From Calditrichia bacterium (GTDB lineage Bacteria; Calditrichota; Calditrichia; RBG-13-44-9), in the NCBI GenBank assembly GCA_037381445.1, contig JARRQT010000006.1:1-47382 (forward strand): a DNA stretch of 47,382 nucleotides, read 5' to 3'. Shown in pieces: positions 17,632-28,283 of this stretch. How positions within the stretch are numbered: the stretch's first letter is position 1; the number at the start of each line of letters is the position of its first letter. The notes beneath the pieces are model-generated. The model was not told where the DNA came from, made no database searches, and was given only the letters and a program-made list of their open reading frames with translations. A program made the translations under genes and the position numbers.

Positions 17632-19719
17632 CTAATTGTCATCCTTGACTAAAATACTGACCTGAAATTCACCTGATATCTCTAGAAAATCGCTTCCCTG
17701 CAGGACCACAAAATCATTGGTTTCCTCCAGATTGATAAGAAATCCGACGCGGATGGGAACGTTTTTGAATATCCTTAATTCGTCCGCATTCAACTGAAAG
17801 GTGATTTCGTTTTCTTCCGGAACCTCCACAAATCCCGTGGATGGATTGACCGCCGCCTTGTTCAGCCTGGCCGACTTAATAAATTCAAGCCGGGGATCCG
17901 TGCAAGATGTGCTGTCATAAAGGTCCTGCTGCAGAGAATCGGCGCACACGAATATTTTGACTTCACCACCCAGCGGACTGTGATTCAGCAATTTTGCTGT
18001 GAATGTTGCCGCCTGAATATCATCGCCGGCGGCATCACGGACATCCTGATCGATATCGGATTCATAAAGAGTGTCCGGATCAATCCTGATGGGATCGGGA
18101 TTTTCAATCTTAACCTTGAAAGGTGTCGCAAATGAATAATTGCCCGTTATCTCATCTCCTGCCTGCACCTGCGCCTCACCGCCATAAACAATATAACCGC
18201 TGCCTCTCAGGTTCGTGGGCAGAATATTCAGAAAGGCATCCACCTCAGGGCCCCGCAGCCGGATGATATTCTCGATATTTGACTGGAGCGGTTCATCTGA
18301 AATGTGAATGGTGGCTGAATCGGTAATGATGCCTTCGTCATTTCTGTGGAATCCGGTAATGGCAAGATTGGCCAGCAAATTTTCCATATTGATCTGGCTG
18401 AGCAACTGCACGGTTAGTTCAGCGCCCTGAAAGGTGAATCCTTTTCCAAAACCTTTGTAATCGACCAGATCTGTTTCTTCAAACGGATCGATGGTGAGGG
18501 TATCCGTTGCCAATCGTCCGGCAAACGATTGAAAGACAAGATCGGAAGTCCGGACGGTAGCCTCAAAATTATCGGAGGCTTTAACCGGAACAAAGCCGTC
18601 CGATTCTTCAGTCTCGACGTCCAATTCCATTACCAGGCTATCCAGAGTGCTGCCGGGATATTGGGAATTCTGTATCCGGTGTCCATCAAGCGGGAAGGAA
18701 TAATTTGTTGTCTGGCTTGGCGGCAGATCGAGCTGCATTGTCATGGGCTGGCCGGTTTCATCAAGAATGTCGGGAAAACTGGCAGTAATTTGTGCACCTA
18801 CCGCCAGATGATTGTCAAGCGCCAGATTGACACTGCCGCCGGCGATTTCACCGCTGATGATCTTATTTTCCTGATCTAGCTCAATACCAATATTTTTGGT
18901 AATGTATTGCGGCTCCACTTTTCCCACAATCTCGGTAACGGATAAATCAAACAGTCCCATTTTTATTTCATATCCGGCCGAATTTAACATCTCCTGGGTG
19001 ACCTGAAAGGTGGTATCCTCAGCGACCAAAAGTGTGTATTCAATCCGCAGGCGCGAATATATCCAACTGCCACCGTTTCCAATTGGCGAACTCCCGGAAG
19101 CGCTGCCGCCTGGCGGGATCATATCCGGAATATTGACTTCTGCGATTTGCGTATTGGTGGAGTCATTGAATATCCGGATGAACATGCCTTCCGGGGAAAA
19201 GCTGTTCGGTCCCAGTGTAAAGGGAAGATTATTTTCCATAGTGACACGAATTCGGCCATCCACAACTTTTACCTTCTCGAATTCGGTCGAAGAAATGGTC
19301 CTGGGTGAGGCGGCAAAAGTTGACTGGCGAATAGTGACATTCTTTCCGATACTATCATTCAAAAAGGCGAGCGTTTCGCCGACCGGGATAAATCCTGTGG
19401 TCATATTATTGAGTGAGTCGAGACGAAGGGTGTCAACTTCAAATGAGGAGGAAGACTCTTCGGCAGGAATCTTCAGGTCCGCTTCACTGATCGACTGGGG
19501 TTCCATTTCGCCATGTATATCAAGATACAGGCTGTCGCCGCGGGTGACAATGGTGCTGTCGTTTGCCAGATCCTCCTGAAAAACGATTTTTTCAGATTTC
19601 AGGGGGATGACAAAGGGGACCACCCACTTTGGCAGAACCGGTTTGTCAATGCTGCACTGCAGAAATATTGCGGATATTAAAATCAGCAAAACGGCGTGAG
19701 ATTTTGTTTTCCAATCCAT
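17632..19719 (-). CDS. Large acidic beta-rich lipoprotein, hypothetical
   Basis: Lipoprotein-type signal (hydrophobic stretch then LQC) followed by PVLPKW; beta-rich repeated segments; co-oriented upstream of the barrel gene. Confidence 0.7.
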   Translation of the reverse strand: MDWKTKSHAVLLILISAIFLQCSIDKPVLPKWVVPFVIPLKSEKIVFQEDLANDSTIVTRGDSLYLDIHGEMEPQSISEADLKIPAEESSSSFEVDTLRLDSLNNMTTGFIPVGETLAFLNDSIGKNVTIRQSTFAASPRTISSTEFEKVKVVDGRIRVTMENNLPFTLGPNSFSPEGMFIRIFNDSTNTQIAEVNIPDMIPPGGSASGSSPIGNGGSWIYSRLRIEYTLLVAEDTTFQVTQEMLNSAGYEIKMGLFDLSVTEIVGKVEPQYITKNIGIELDQENKIISGEIAGGSVNLALDNHLAVGAQITASFPDILDETGQPMTMQLDLPPSQTTNYSFPLDGHRIQNSQYPGSTLDSLVMELDVETEESDGFVPVKASDNFEATVRTSDLVFQSFAGRLATDTLTIDPFEETDLVDYKGFGKGFTFQGAELTVQLLSQINMENLLANLAITGFHRNDEGIITDSATIHISDEPLQSNIENIIRLRGPEVDAFLNILPTNLRGSGYIVYGGEAQVQAGDEITGNYSFATPFKVKIENPDPIRIDPDTLYESDIDQDVRDAAGDDIQAATFTAKLLNHSPLGGEVKIFVCADSLQQDLYDSTSCTDPRLEFIKSARLNKAAVNPSTGFVEVPEENEITFQLNADELRIFKNVPIRVGFLINLEETNDFVVLQGSDFLEISGEFQVSILVKDDN

Positions 19720-19932
19720 TGGTTTACGACTCCTTTTGATACCTTAATTATCCTGTTCCTTCTAAAGTGGTAATCGACCTTATGGGAGAATTCATGAAGA
19801 GAAAAAGCAAATTATTTTTTGAAAGCGGAGAATTCATTTATCTGGTTTAACGTAACTCAAAAGTAAATATAAAGATAAAATGGGGGATAATATTCTAGTC
19901 CGGCAGAGTGAGATTTTTGAGGATGAGATTGG

Positions 19933-19977
19933 GTTGGGGGGACAGAGGAAAAATTCGGTTCTTCCACTCCCCCCAGC
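19933..19977 (-). terminator. GC-rich hairpin just after the M23 peptidase gene
   Basis: TGGGGGGA/TCCCCCCA stem; no clear U-tract. Confidence 0.35.
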
Positions 19978-19983
19978 ACTTGT

Positions 19984-22305
19984 TTAGTTTACCCTTATCT
20001 CTCTTTGGGTAACATTGCCCGAATTGTCTGTAACTTTTATTTTAAGATGGGAATATTGGTCACCATTTTTGGCGATTTTAAGGCTGATAATATCTTCTTC
20101 CGGATCGTACTCGAAAAGATGCCATCTGTCATTTACATACACTTCGATCTGTGATTCTTTCTGAATGCCGGACATTTCATCTTTTACAACAAAGGTCAGG
20201 AAACCCTTGCGGCTCTGCAGGATGCCATTCTTAAAAGGCTGTGCGGGAAGGACGACCGGCGGGATGGTATCCTGCGCGAGAGTGAATTTTTCCATGCTGG
20301 TGACCCTTGCGGAAAAACGATGCTGCTGCTGATCATATTGGGAAGGAATGAAAACCCATTTTTTCGGAAAATCGAAGTAATAGAGTCCCAGACCGGGAGC
20401 GTTTTTCAGGGAATCCGGCACTGCTAACGCAATCCAAACACCATCATGCACGGGCTGATCGAAGGGCTGCAGATCGTAAATTTTTCCGATTCTGCAGTAG
20501 GGTTTTTCGATCGGAAGAATGTTTTCGTCGTTCTGATCTTTTTTCAGGTATACGGCAGTTTCCTCATATAGGGCATCCACCGGAAAGTCTACCTGAAACA
20601 GGCTGTCAGCGGAAATGAGTGCGTTTTTTCTGTTGGGCCGAATCACCTTTATTTCGGGCAGGGCGGATTCAAAAAATTGTGATAAAAAATCTTTCCGGAT
20701 TACGTATTCTTCAGCGGGAATATTAATGCAGTAAATGCTTTCGCTTACCGGAAACCAGTATAATGCCGGAACCTGTTCTTTCAATCCTCTGAAAATGCGG
20801 AACGGTTTGCGCTGATTTGACCGGATTGTCAATCCCACCCAATCTTTTTTGACCTGGCTCTGCAGCAGTGTCAATCCGGAATTGTCCGGCAGAGGGGAAA
20901 GACTACCGGATGGCATGATATAAAGCGGAAAGGTTGAATTACCGGATGGCGTAATACCCGTAATTCTGAAGACGGAGGTGCTCCTGTTTTCGGAATAAGG
21001 AACGGAAATCGCATATTGATAAACATTGTTATAATGCAATTCACCCATCAACCGCGTGCCCCGGGCGGGGCTCCAGTTGCCAGAATCCCTGCTGTCAACA
21101 ACGAGGCTGTCCAGTTTCCGGGAAGACTGGATTCTCAGGAAGAGGTCATTATCTATCCATCGCGACAGATCGTATTCCAGATGCGCCGGTTGGCCGCTTC
21201 TGAAATTCATATCGAAGGTCGACTGATTTCCCCAGAAATCCTCGATTTCAATTTTCAGATGATGAAGGCCTTCCTTCAACTGCCCGCAGTCCAGTATACC
21301 TCCGTTGTCGGGCGTATTCCGGTAATGGGGAAGCCGGTTACCGGGCAATTTGAAAAAGTTGTGGAAGATTCCGTCCTTTTTCCGCCACAGGGAAAAATTC
21401 TTATCCAGCTCGATGAGCGCCGTCTGCGCGTAGGAGAATGAGTCATATTGGATGGAATAAACCAGGGAATCATCCACCCACATGTGCGCTTTGTAAAAAG
21501 CAAAGCGATTTCGATAGCCGTTGGCATGGTCATAAACCTGCAGCGCCACGCCGATTTTTCCCGTAAATAGCAGCGTGTCCGGAATGTCACACTGACTCCG
21601 GCCTTTCAAATCCTGAAATACCGTATCCGGTTTCAGGTTTATCAATGAAGCATAATCGAGGGGGATGAACGCCGCATTATAGATTTTAGGCGGCACATCA
21701 TCCTTTATCACATCCCGATAAAAAGGAAGCGGATTGATGGGGTGATTTCTGGGATTACGCAGTTCGAAATGCAGATGGGGAACACCGATACCGGTTTTGC
21801 CGCTGTAGGCAATGAGCTCGCCTTTTTTCACCGGGAATTGATTGGATTTCAGATACAGGTCCACTTCATAGCGCTGCTCCCGGTTTCTGATCTCCGTAAC
21901 GTATTTTTCAAGGGCAGGCCAGAAGCGCTCCAAATGTCCATATACCACAATATTGCCGTCATGGAGTTTCAGGTAAATCGCTTTTCCGTAACCGAATGCG
22001 CCCACCCGCACCCGCATGACATACCCATCATCAATGGCGAATACCTTATAGCCGGTCCTGTTCCAGGTTTTTATATCGATTGCGGCATGATAATGCCGGG
22101 GACGGAACTCGCAGAAACTGCTGGTCATAAGCCGGCTGGCATTGGTCGGCCAGGCATAATTTTGAGCAAGCCCGCTCTGGATTTGTATAAATAAAAGAAC
22201 CAGCAGCGCAAAACCCGGTACATCTCGTAAAATAAATCTATGTGGCAAAATAAATTTCCTTTTCAAATACGAATATTTATTCAAACTGACTTTCTTCGTA
22301 GGCAT
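19984..22305 (-). CDS. M23-family metallopeptidase with C-terminal beta-sandwich extensions (true start may be downstream)
   Basis: HAAID (HxxxD), YGHL, PHLHFE, PINPL zinc-peptidase motifs. Confidence 0.87.
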   Translation of the reverse strand: MPTKKVSLNKYSYLKRKFILPHRFILRDVPGFALLVLLFIQIQSGLAQNYAWPTNASRLMTSSFCEFRPRHYHAAIDIKTWNRTGYKVFAIDDGYVMRVRVGAFGYGKAIYLKLHDGNIVVYGHLERFWPALEKYVTEIRNREQRYEVDLYLKSNQFPVKKGELIAYSGKTGIGVPHLHFELRNPRNHPINPLPFYRDVIKDDVPPKIYNAAFIPLDYASLINLKPDTVFQDLKGRSQCDIPDTLLFTGKIGVALQVYDHANGYRNRFAFYKAHMWVDDSLVYSIQYDSFSYAQTALIELDKNFSLWRKKDGIFHNFFKLPGNRLPHYRNTPDNGGILDCGQLKEGLHHLKIEIEDFWGNQSTFDMNFRSGQPAHLEYDLSRWIDNDLFLRIQSSRKLDSLVVDSRDSGNWSPARGTRLMGELHYNNVYQYAISVPYSENRSTSVFRITGITPSGNSTFPLYIMPSGSLSPLPDNSGLTLLQSQVKKDWVGLTIRSNQRKPFRIFRGLKEQVPALYWFPVSESIYCINIPAEEYVIRKDFLSQFFESALPEIKVIRPNRKNALISADSLFQVDFPVDALYEETAVYLKKDQNDENILPIEKPYCRIGKIYDLQPFDQPVHDGVWIALAVPDSLKNAPGLGLYYFDFPKKWVFIPSQYDQQQHRFSARVTSMEKFTLAQDTIPPVVLPAQPFKNGILQSRKGFLTFVVKDEMSGIQKESQIEVYVNDRWHLFEYDPEEDIISLKIAKNGDQYSHLKIKVTDNSGNVTQREIRVN

Positions 22306-22326
22306 ACCCGGATAAATAGTTGGAGA

Positions 22327-24441
22327 TTAACCATCGATACGAATTCGAATTCTGGCATCCACAATTTTGCATTTGTCTCTGTCCGGTGATACCACGAATG
22401 GATTCAGGTCCATCTCCACAATTTGCGGCCAGTCCAGAGCCAGTTGGGAAAGACGTTGAATGGTGTCCGAAACCAGCTCCAGGTTAATGCCTTTTTCACC
22501 CCGAACACCTTTTAAAACAGGGAAGCCTTTTATGCTCTCAATCATCTCCATGGCGTCCCTGTCTGTCACCGGCGCGACCCGGAAACTCACATCTTTGAAG
22601 ACTTCGATAAAAATGCCGCCCATGCCAAACATGATCATGGGGCCGTAGTTGGGATCGTTGTTCATTCCCAGGCCCACTTCCCGGCCGCCGCTCACCATTT
22701 CCTGCACCAGCACGCCGCCGATCCTGTCGCCGCTGGTTACCTTCAGCGAATTCTCCATAATCTCGTCAAAGGCATTTTCGATCTCTTTCGGGTCCCGCAG
22801 ATTCACGCGCACGCCGCCGATATCTGATTTGTGAACGATATCATCGGACTCTACCTTGAGAACAACCGGATTTCCCGATTTCTTAAAAAATTCTGATGCT
22901 TCGGAGGCCGACTGGACGACTGCACTTTCGGGCACCGGGAAGCCGTATGCCTTCAAAATTGCCTGTATTTCGCGGCTTCGCAGATACTCCCGTCCTTCCA
23001 CCGTCGCGCTCTCGAATATGTGCTTGAGGCTGCCCTGATCGACCTTATATCTGGTCACCCTGCCATTGGCCTTTTTTCGCCACTCCTGATAAGCAAGCAT
23101 GATTGAAATACTGCGGGCCGCAGACTCGGGGTAAGCATACACCGGGAGGTTCAAATCCTGGAAGATCTCCAGTCCACAGGTTTCATTCTGCTGCGCCATC
23201 AGGACAATAAATACCGGTTTCCTGCCGTTCTTTTTTAGGATGTCCCGGAAGCCTTCCGCTATCATGCGGGGAGTAGTATCAACCGGGGGACGGACAATAA
23301 TAATCATGACGGCGTCCACATTTTCATCCTTTATGACCGTTTCCAGCGAATCATGATAGGTCTGTTCGTTGGCGCTGGCAATCATATCCACCGGATTGCG
23401 GACGGACGCCTCTTCCGGTAAAAAGCTCTTCAGTTTCTCCCGGGTTTTTTCGGAAAGCGGCGCCATCTCCAGACCATAGCGTTCAATGGCATCGGTTGCC
23501 AGAATGGCCGGTCCTCCCGCATTGGTGATCACCGCCACGCGGTTTCCCGAAGGTATGGGCTGATTGGAGAATGCCAGCGAAATCTCGAACAGCTCTTCAA
23601 TGGAATCGGCGCGGATGATGCCGCACTGTTTGAACAGCGCATCCGTGGCGATGTCCGAACTGGCCAGGGCGCCGGTATGGGAAGAAGCGGCTTTTGCTCC
23701 GCTTTTGCTCCGTCCGGCTTTTAAAGCAATGACCGGCTTTTTGCGGCTCAAAGCGGAAGCGGTTTTGCGAAACCGGTCTGCATCCTCAATACTCTCCTGG
23801 TACAATGTGACCACTTTTGTATTCTCATGGGTCTGAAGATATTCCAGAAAATCCGTATCGGATAAGTCCGCTTTGTTGCCTTCGCTGACAAAGACGGAGA
23901 AACCGAGACGCAGCGCTTTGCTCATTTCCAGCACCGCCACGCCCAGTGCACCCGATTGTGACACAAAAGCGACGTTTCCCTGGTATGGTTCGGTAGGTGA
24001 AAAACTGGCATTCATGCTGCAGACCGGATCCGTATTGATAATCCCCATGCAATTCGGGCCGATCATCCGCATGCCATATTTCTTCACCACATCCAGCAGT
24101 TGTTTTTCCCGCTCTGCTCCGTCGCCGCCGACCTCACGGAATCCCGCCGTAATCATGATGATATTTTTTACGCCTTTTTTGCCGCAGCTGTTAACGGCTT
24201 CTATGGCCAGCTCTTTCCGAACCAAAATAACGACCATGTCGGGTATCTGGGGCAAATTCTCAATCCCGGCATAACACGGAATTCCGTTAATATCAGGTGC
24301 CTTGGGATTTATGGGATATATTTTTCCGGTGTAATTGTATTTGAATAGATTATCAAAAAAGACGCGCCCCAGACTGCCTTCTTTCCGGGAGGCGCCAATG
24401 ATGGCGATTGACTGAGGTTGAAAAAAGCCGTCAAGTTCCAT
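22327..24441 (-). CDS. ADP-forming acetate--CoA ligase (alpha-beta fusion)
   Basis: IAIIGAS, GPNCMG, SQSGALG, SHTGALA (phospho-His), ITNAGG, ATP-grasp HKSDIGGV, DLNP. Confidence 0.93.
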   Translation of the reverse strand: MELDGFFQPQSIAIIGASRKEGSLGRVFFDNLFKYNYTGKIYPINPKAPDINGIPCYAGIENLPQIPDMVVILVRKELAIEAVNSCGKKGVKNIIMITAGFREVGGDGAEREKQLLDVVKKYGMRMIGPNCMGIINTDPVCSMNASFSPTEPYQGNVAFVSQSGALGVAVLEMSKALRLGFSVFVSEGNKADLSDTDFLEYLQTHENTKVVTLYQESIEDADRFRKTASALSRKKPVIALKAGRSKSGAKAASSHTGALASSDIATDALFKQCGIIRADSIEELFEISLAFSNQPIPSGNRVAVITNAGGPAILATDAIERYGLEMAPLSEKTREKLKSFLPEEASVRNPVDMIASANEQTYHDSLETVIKDENVDAVMIIIVRPPVDTTPRMIAEGFRDILKKNGRKPVFIVLMAQQNETCGLEIFQDLNLPVYAYPESAARSISIMLAYQEWRKKANGRVTRYKVDQGSLKHIFESATVEGREYLRSREIQAILKAYGFPVPESAVVQSASEASEFFKKSGNPVVLKVESDDIVHKSDIGGVRVNLRDPKEIENAFDEIMENSLKVTSGDRIGGVLVQEMVSGGREVGLGMNNDPNYGPMIMFGMGGIFIEVFKDVSFRVAPVTDRDAMEMIESIKGFPVLKGVRGEKGINLELVSDTIQRLSQLALDWPQIVEMDLNPFVVSPDRDKCKIVDARIRIRIDG

Positions 24442-24443
24442 TT

Positions 24444-24821
24444 TTACTCCTTATTCTCCTTATAGCGTGTAACAATTTGATTAATAACCGAAATCAGTTC
24501 CGGAATGTTCAGAGGCTTGCGCAGGAATGCTTCCACATCCAGACTTAAAACATCCTGTGGGCGGTAGAGGTGCGAATAGCCGGTGATGAGCACGATAGGG
24601 AATTCAGGTTTAACCTTTTTTATCTCCGCGGTCAATTCGAATCCGTTCATTTCCGGCAGTTCAACATCGATGATCGCGGCATCGAATTCATTATTGTTGA
24701 ACAATTCCAGGGCCAGCAGACCGTTTCCGGCGGTCATCACCTGGTGGCCGAATGCAACGAAGGCATCCGTCAGCGTGTCCCTCAGATCCCGGTCATCATC
24801 CACTATGAGCAAATTGATCAT
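24444..24821 (-). CDS. Single-domain response regulator receiver
   Basis: LLIVDDD, D-VELPEMNG, ITG, KP. Confidence 0.92.
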   Translation of the reverse strand: MINLLIVDDDRDLRDTLTDAFVAFGHQVMTAGNGLLALELFNNNEFDAAIIDVELPEMNGFELTAEIKKVKPEFPIVLITGYSHLYRPQDVLSLDVEAFLRKPLNIPELISVINQIVTRYKENKE

Positions 24822-25072
24822 CTGTTCCTCTCACCATGCAGTCGAAGTCAACTGATAACTTTTGTAAGATTACTCAAAGGATATCATTTTTCAAATAATG
24901 ATTCAATTATTTTTTGACGGGAAATGCAGTGTCTCCACTTCCCTTAATGTTTTCCGCCGCACTGCGATTGCTGTCTGCGGGCAGTTCGCAGTGGAATATA
25001 AAAAATAAGCCGAATTTCAAAATGCTCAAAACAAAAAATTAAATAGGCGGGTTTTTGAAAGTGTTGAAAAAC

Positions 25073-25759
25073 TCAACTCCCGCGCGGAGGATCGGCAATC
25101 GGTTTTGGGCTTTGAATGTAAAAAGTCTGGAAAAGTCCGGTTATCATGAGCAAATATCCGGGAATGAAGAGCCACCACCAGAAATTTCCGGGATGATAAT
25201 TTGTAAACCCCTTCACTCCGCTCTGGCTCATCACGGTCACGGCAGGCTGCAGAAAAGAAATCAAATCCAAAACGGCGCCGGCGACAAAAAGACGAAGCGG
25301 CCAGCCGGAGAATGTGTGCTCTTTCTTTGAGCCCAGAATCATGCCGCCCCAGATGGCCATGGGAAGTGCAATGGCGGCCGGGGTGATCCAGGGGCCGAGC
25401 CATACCCAGGGAATGAGGAAAAGTATGTCCCATTCAGTCCATGAGACGGGCCAGCCTATCAAAGTTTTCAACCAGATATAATAAAAAATGTCCCAGATGC
25501 CAAACTGGTATACAAAGGCCGCAAAAATGCGGGTGCCATTCTTTCTTTCAAAAATAAACGCGACGCCCAGCATCATAATAATGGTGGCTGCTTCCCGTCC
25601 GATTTCCACCCAAAAATCAAACATGCTTAATGGCTGCGAAGGGAAAATCATTCGGATGTTTTCAGGGTGATAAAGTTCCCGGATGTAAATAACGACCGAT
25701 GCCTCCAGATAGGCCATGGCGATGGCGTAAACCGAGAGCCAGAATAGTTGTCGTCTCAT
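25073..25759 (-). CDS. Conserved hypothetical integral membrane protein
   Basis: About 6 hydrophobic helices; motifs AMAYLEASVVIY, EIGREAATIIM, WDIFYY, WDILFLIP; GGAGG RBS. Confidence 0.8.
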   Translation of the reverse strand: MRRQLFWLSVYAIAMAYLEASVVIYIRELYHPENIRMIFPSQPLSMFDFWVEIGREAATIIMMLGVAFIFERKNGTRIFAAFVYQFGIWDIFYYIWLKTLIGWPVSWTEWDILFLIPWVWLGPWITPAAIALPMAIWGGMILGSKKEHTFSGWPLRLFVAGAVLDLISFLQPAVTVMSQSGVKGFTNYHPGNFWWWLFIPGYLLMITGLFQTFYIQSPKPIADPPRGS

Positions 25760-25877
25760 TTTTTACCTCCGGATGTATTTGTTCCAAACCAGGGCAGTGT
25801 CAATTCCAAGATAAACTTGCTAAAATTTCAAAAATTTTCTATCTTATTCAAAATAAAAAAAGGATTACCTGAAAATT

Positions 25878-26933
25878 ATGAAAAAATCACTTTTGATATT
25901 GTTCTTCTTTCTGATGACTGTGCTTTTTTCTTCAGGTTGTGCCAGGAAAATCTATGAGATTGCTTATCCCACTTTAAACGATGGTAAATATGACAGCGAG
26001 TTTCCCTATAAAAGCGCCTCAAAAGAATTGGAGCAGATTTCCGAGACGGTGAAGAAACTGACTTCAATTGCGTATTACAAGAGCTATGTTTTTTCACGGG
26101 AAAGCCGCGTTGTTATGAATGATATTGTGAACGATATCTATACCCGCAAGGTCTCGGAAGAGATTTTTTACAATAGTTCTGTTATTGGAACCGCTACGGT
26201 TCTTTCCTATACAAATAAGCGGGTAATTTTGCTGACCTGTGCCCATGTGGTGGATTTTCCTGATACTGTTATCACCTATTATGATATTCCCGGGGAACCA
26301 AAACACCGCTTCATTCAAAGTGTCTCTTTCAAGAAAAGACAGAGCAATTACATCGCCGAATTTCCCGAAAAGGGAGAACTGGAAATTCTGGCTATAGATA
26401 AAGCCCTTGACATTGTCCTTTTGGGGAAGACGTTTTATCAAACTCCCACCATGCAGATTCCGGTGTTCAGTTACCCGATGGGAAAATCGCGCGAGCTTGA
26501 CTGGGGGACATTTGTCTATTTGGTTGGCTATCCGAAGGGGTATCAGATGGTGACCAAAGGAATTGTCAGTCAGCCGAACAGGGACAAAAACGGTTCCTAC
26601 ATTGTAGATGCCCTTTTTAATAGGGGATTTAGCGGCGGTATAGTGCTGGCCATCAAGGATGGAGTCCCCAATTTTGAGCTGGTAGGGATTGCCGGTTCCG
26701 TGTCCGCAGATTTTGAATATTATATCACGCCGCCTCCTGATATTGGTCAAATGGGATATGATCCCCGGCTTCCCTACAAAGGAGATGTTTATATACAATT
26801 TCAAAAGGAGATCAACTACGGGATCACCTTTGTGATTTCGACGGAAGAGATTTTATCCTTTATAAAAGAGAACCAGTCTGCCCTGAGGGACAAGGGGTAT
26901 GATCTGGGTTCGCTTCTGGCGAAATTCAAATAA
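25878..26933 (+). CDS. Trypsin-like serine protease lipoprotein
   Basis: Lipobox FSSGC; catalytic triad candidates LTCAHVV, DIVLL, GFSGG. Confidence 0.82.
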   Translation: MKKSLLILFFFLMTVLFSSGCARKIYEIAYPTLNDGKYDSEFPYKSASKELEQISETVKKLTSIAYYKSYVFSRESRVVMNDIVNDIYTRKVSEEIFYNSSVIGTATVLSYTNKRVILLTCAHVVDFPDTVITYYDIPGEPKHRFIQSVSFKKRQSNYIAEFPEKGELEILAIDKALDIVLLGKTFYQTPTMQIPVFSYPMGKSRELDWGTFVYLVGYPKGYQMVTKGIVSQPNRDKNGSYIVDALFNRGFSGGIVLAIKDGVPNFELVGIAGSVSADFEYYITPPPDIGQMGYDPRLPYKGDVYIQFQKEINYGITFVISTEEILSFIKENQSALRDKGYDLGSLLAKFK

Positions 26934-27084
26934 TGCCCCCGGCGCTTATTTCCTCAAATCCAAAGCTGTTTTTCGATCTTAAAACTTATTGAATCCCATT
27001 GGAAGACCATATTCCTGCCTTTTTGCTTGTTTTCCACTGTAGAATATTATACAATTCCTTGATGAAAAATTAAATCGGAGGGCA

Positions 27085-28221
27085 ATGTTGTCTGAAACTC
27101 AACGACAGCGACTGTGGCTGGCTGTTATTGTTTTTCTGGTGGTTCTCATCAGCATTCTTCACTATACCACTTCCACAACTAGATGGCAATACCATCTCAT
27201 TTACATGCAGAGCTATTTTATTCCGATTTTGATCGCTGCATTTCAGTTCGGGATCAAGGGAGGAGTGGGAACTTCTGTGGCTATCAGCGCCATTTATCTG
27301 CCGCATATCATGCTGCAATGGGGCGGATTAATAGATACGAACCTGATGAGATTTCTGCAGATTATTCTTTTCAATATTGTGGGTTTTATCATGGGGCTGC
27401 AATCTCAAAGGGAGAAAGAGGAAAAAAAGCGATACCAGGAAACGGCTCATGAACTGGAAAATTCCCTGAACTTGCTGCGCAGCCAATCCGAAAAATTGGA
27501 GGAAATGGAAGAACAATTGCGCTTAGCAGACCGGCTGGCGGTAGTGGGAGAACTGACGGCCAGTCTGGCGCACGAGGTCCGTAATCCGCTTGGCGCCATC
27601 AGGGGCGCGGTGGAAATATTACGTGACGAAATGCCGTCCAATGAGCATTCCGCGGAGTTTTTCCAAATCCTGATTGATGAAACAAACAGGCTGAATGCGG
27701 TTGTGGAAAACTATCTAAGTTTTTCACGGAAACAGCAAGAGATGAAATCCCGGGTCGATGTAAGGGAAATAATCCGGAATGTCCGCAATCTTCTTGCTGC
27801 CCGCGGCAGGAAAGAGAAAATTGTATTTAATCTGGATTTAGGCGATAAACCGTTGCTGATCGACGCAGATCCCGGACAAATCCGGCAGATTCTGGTTAAT
27901 CTTGCTCTAAATGCGATACAGGCGATGCCTTCGGGTGGGGCAATCACTATACAGGCGGGAATTTGCGGTCAGCCTGCCGAATCTGGTAAGCCGGAAACCG
28001 TCCATTCCAAAGCATATATTTCAATCCGGGATGATGGAAGCGGCATACCGGAAGGGGAGGTTGAAAATATTTTTAAACCTTTCTATACCACCAAAACAGA
28101 TGGAACCGGCCTGGGGCTGGCGATTGTAAAACGGATTGTGGAACAGAACAAATGGAGGATTTCAGTGGAAAGTGTGCCGGGGAAAGGCACGCAATTCAAG
28201 CTGGATATCCCGCTGGCATGA
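27085..28221 (+). CDS. Membrane sensor histidine kinase
   Basis: Four TM helices; H-box LAHEVRNPL; N-box NLALNAIQA; DDGSG, FKPFYTTK, GTGLGL. Confidence 0.94.
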   Translation: MLSETQRQRLWLAVIVFLVVLISILHYTTSTTRWQYHLIYMQSYFIPILIAAFQFGIKGGVGTSVAISAIYLPHIMLQWGGLIDTNLMRFLQIILFNIVGFIMGLQSQREKEEKKRYQETAHELENSLNLLRSQSEKLEEMEEQLRLADRLAVVGELTASLAHEVRNPLGAIRGAVEILRDEMPSNEHSAEFFQILIDETNRLNAVVENYLSFSRKQQEMKSRVDVREIIRNVRNLLAARGRKEKIVFNLDLGDKPLLIDADPGQIRQILVNLALNAIQAMPSGGAITIQAGICGQPAESGKPETVHSKAYISIRDDGSGIPEGEVENIFKPFYTTKTDGTGLGLAIVKRIVEQNKWRISVESVPGKGTQFKLDIPLA

Positions 28222-28283
28222 GGATATTCATTAAAAAGGCCGAGATGTTTCCCCTTGCTAAAAAAATATATGGGAAAAGACGA

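Noticed and set aside
28152-28283. N-terminal extension of the sigma54 regulator in the ORF track
   Set aside because: Overlaps the kinase gene; the receiver domain starts at ATG 28284.
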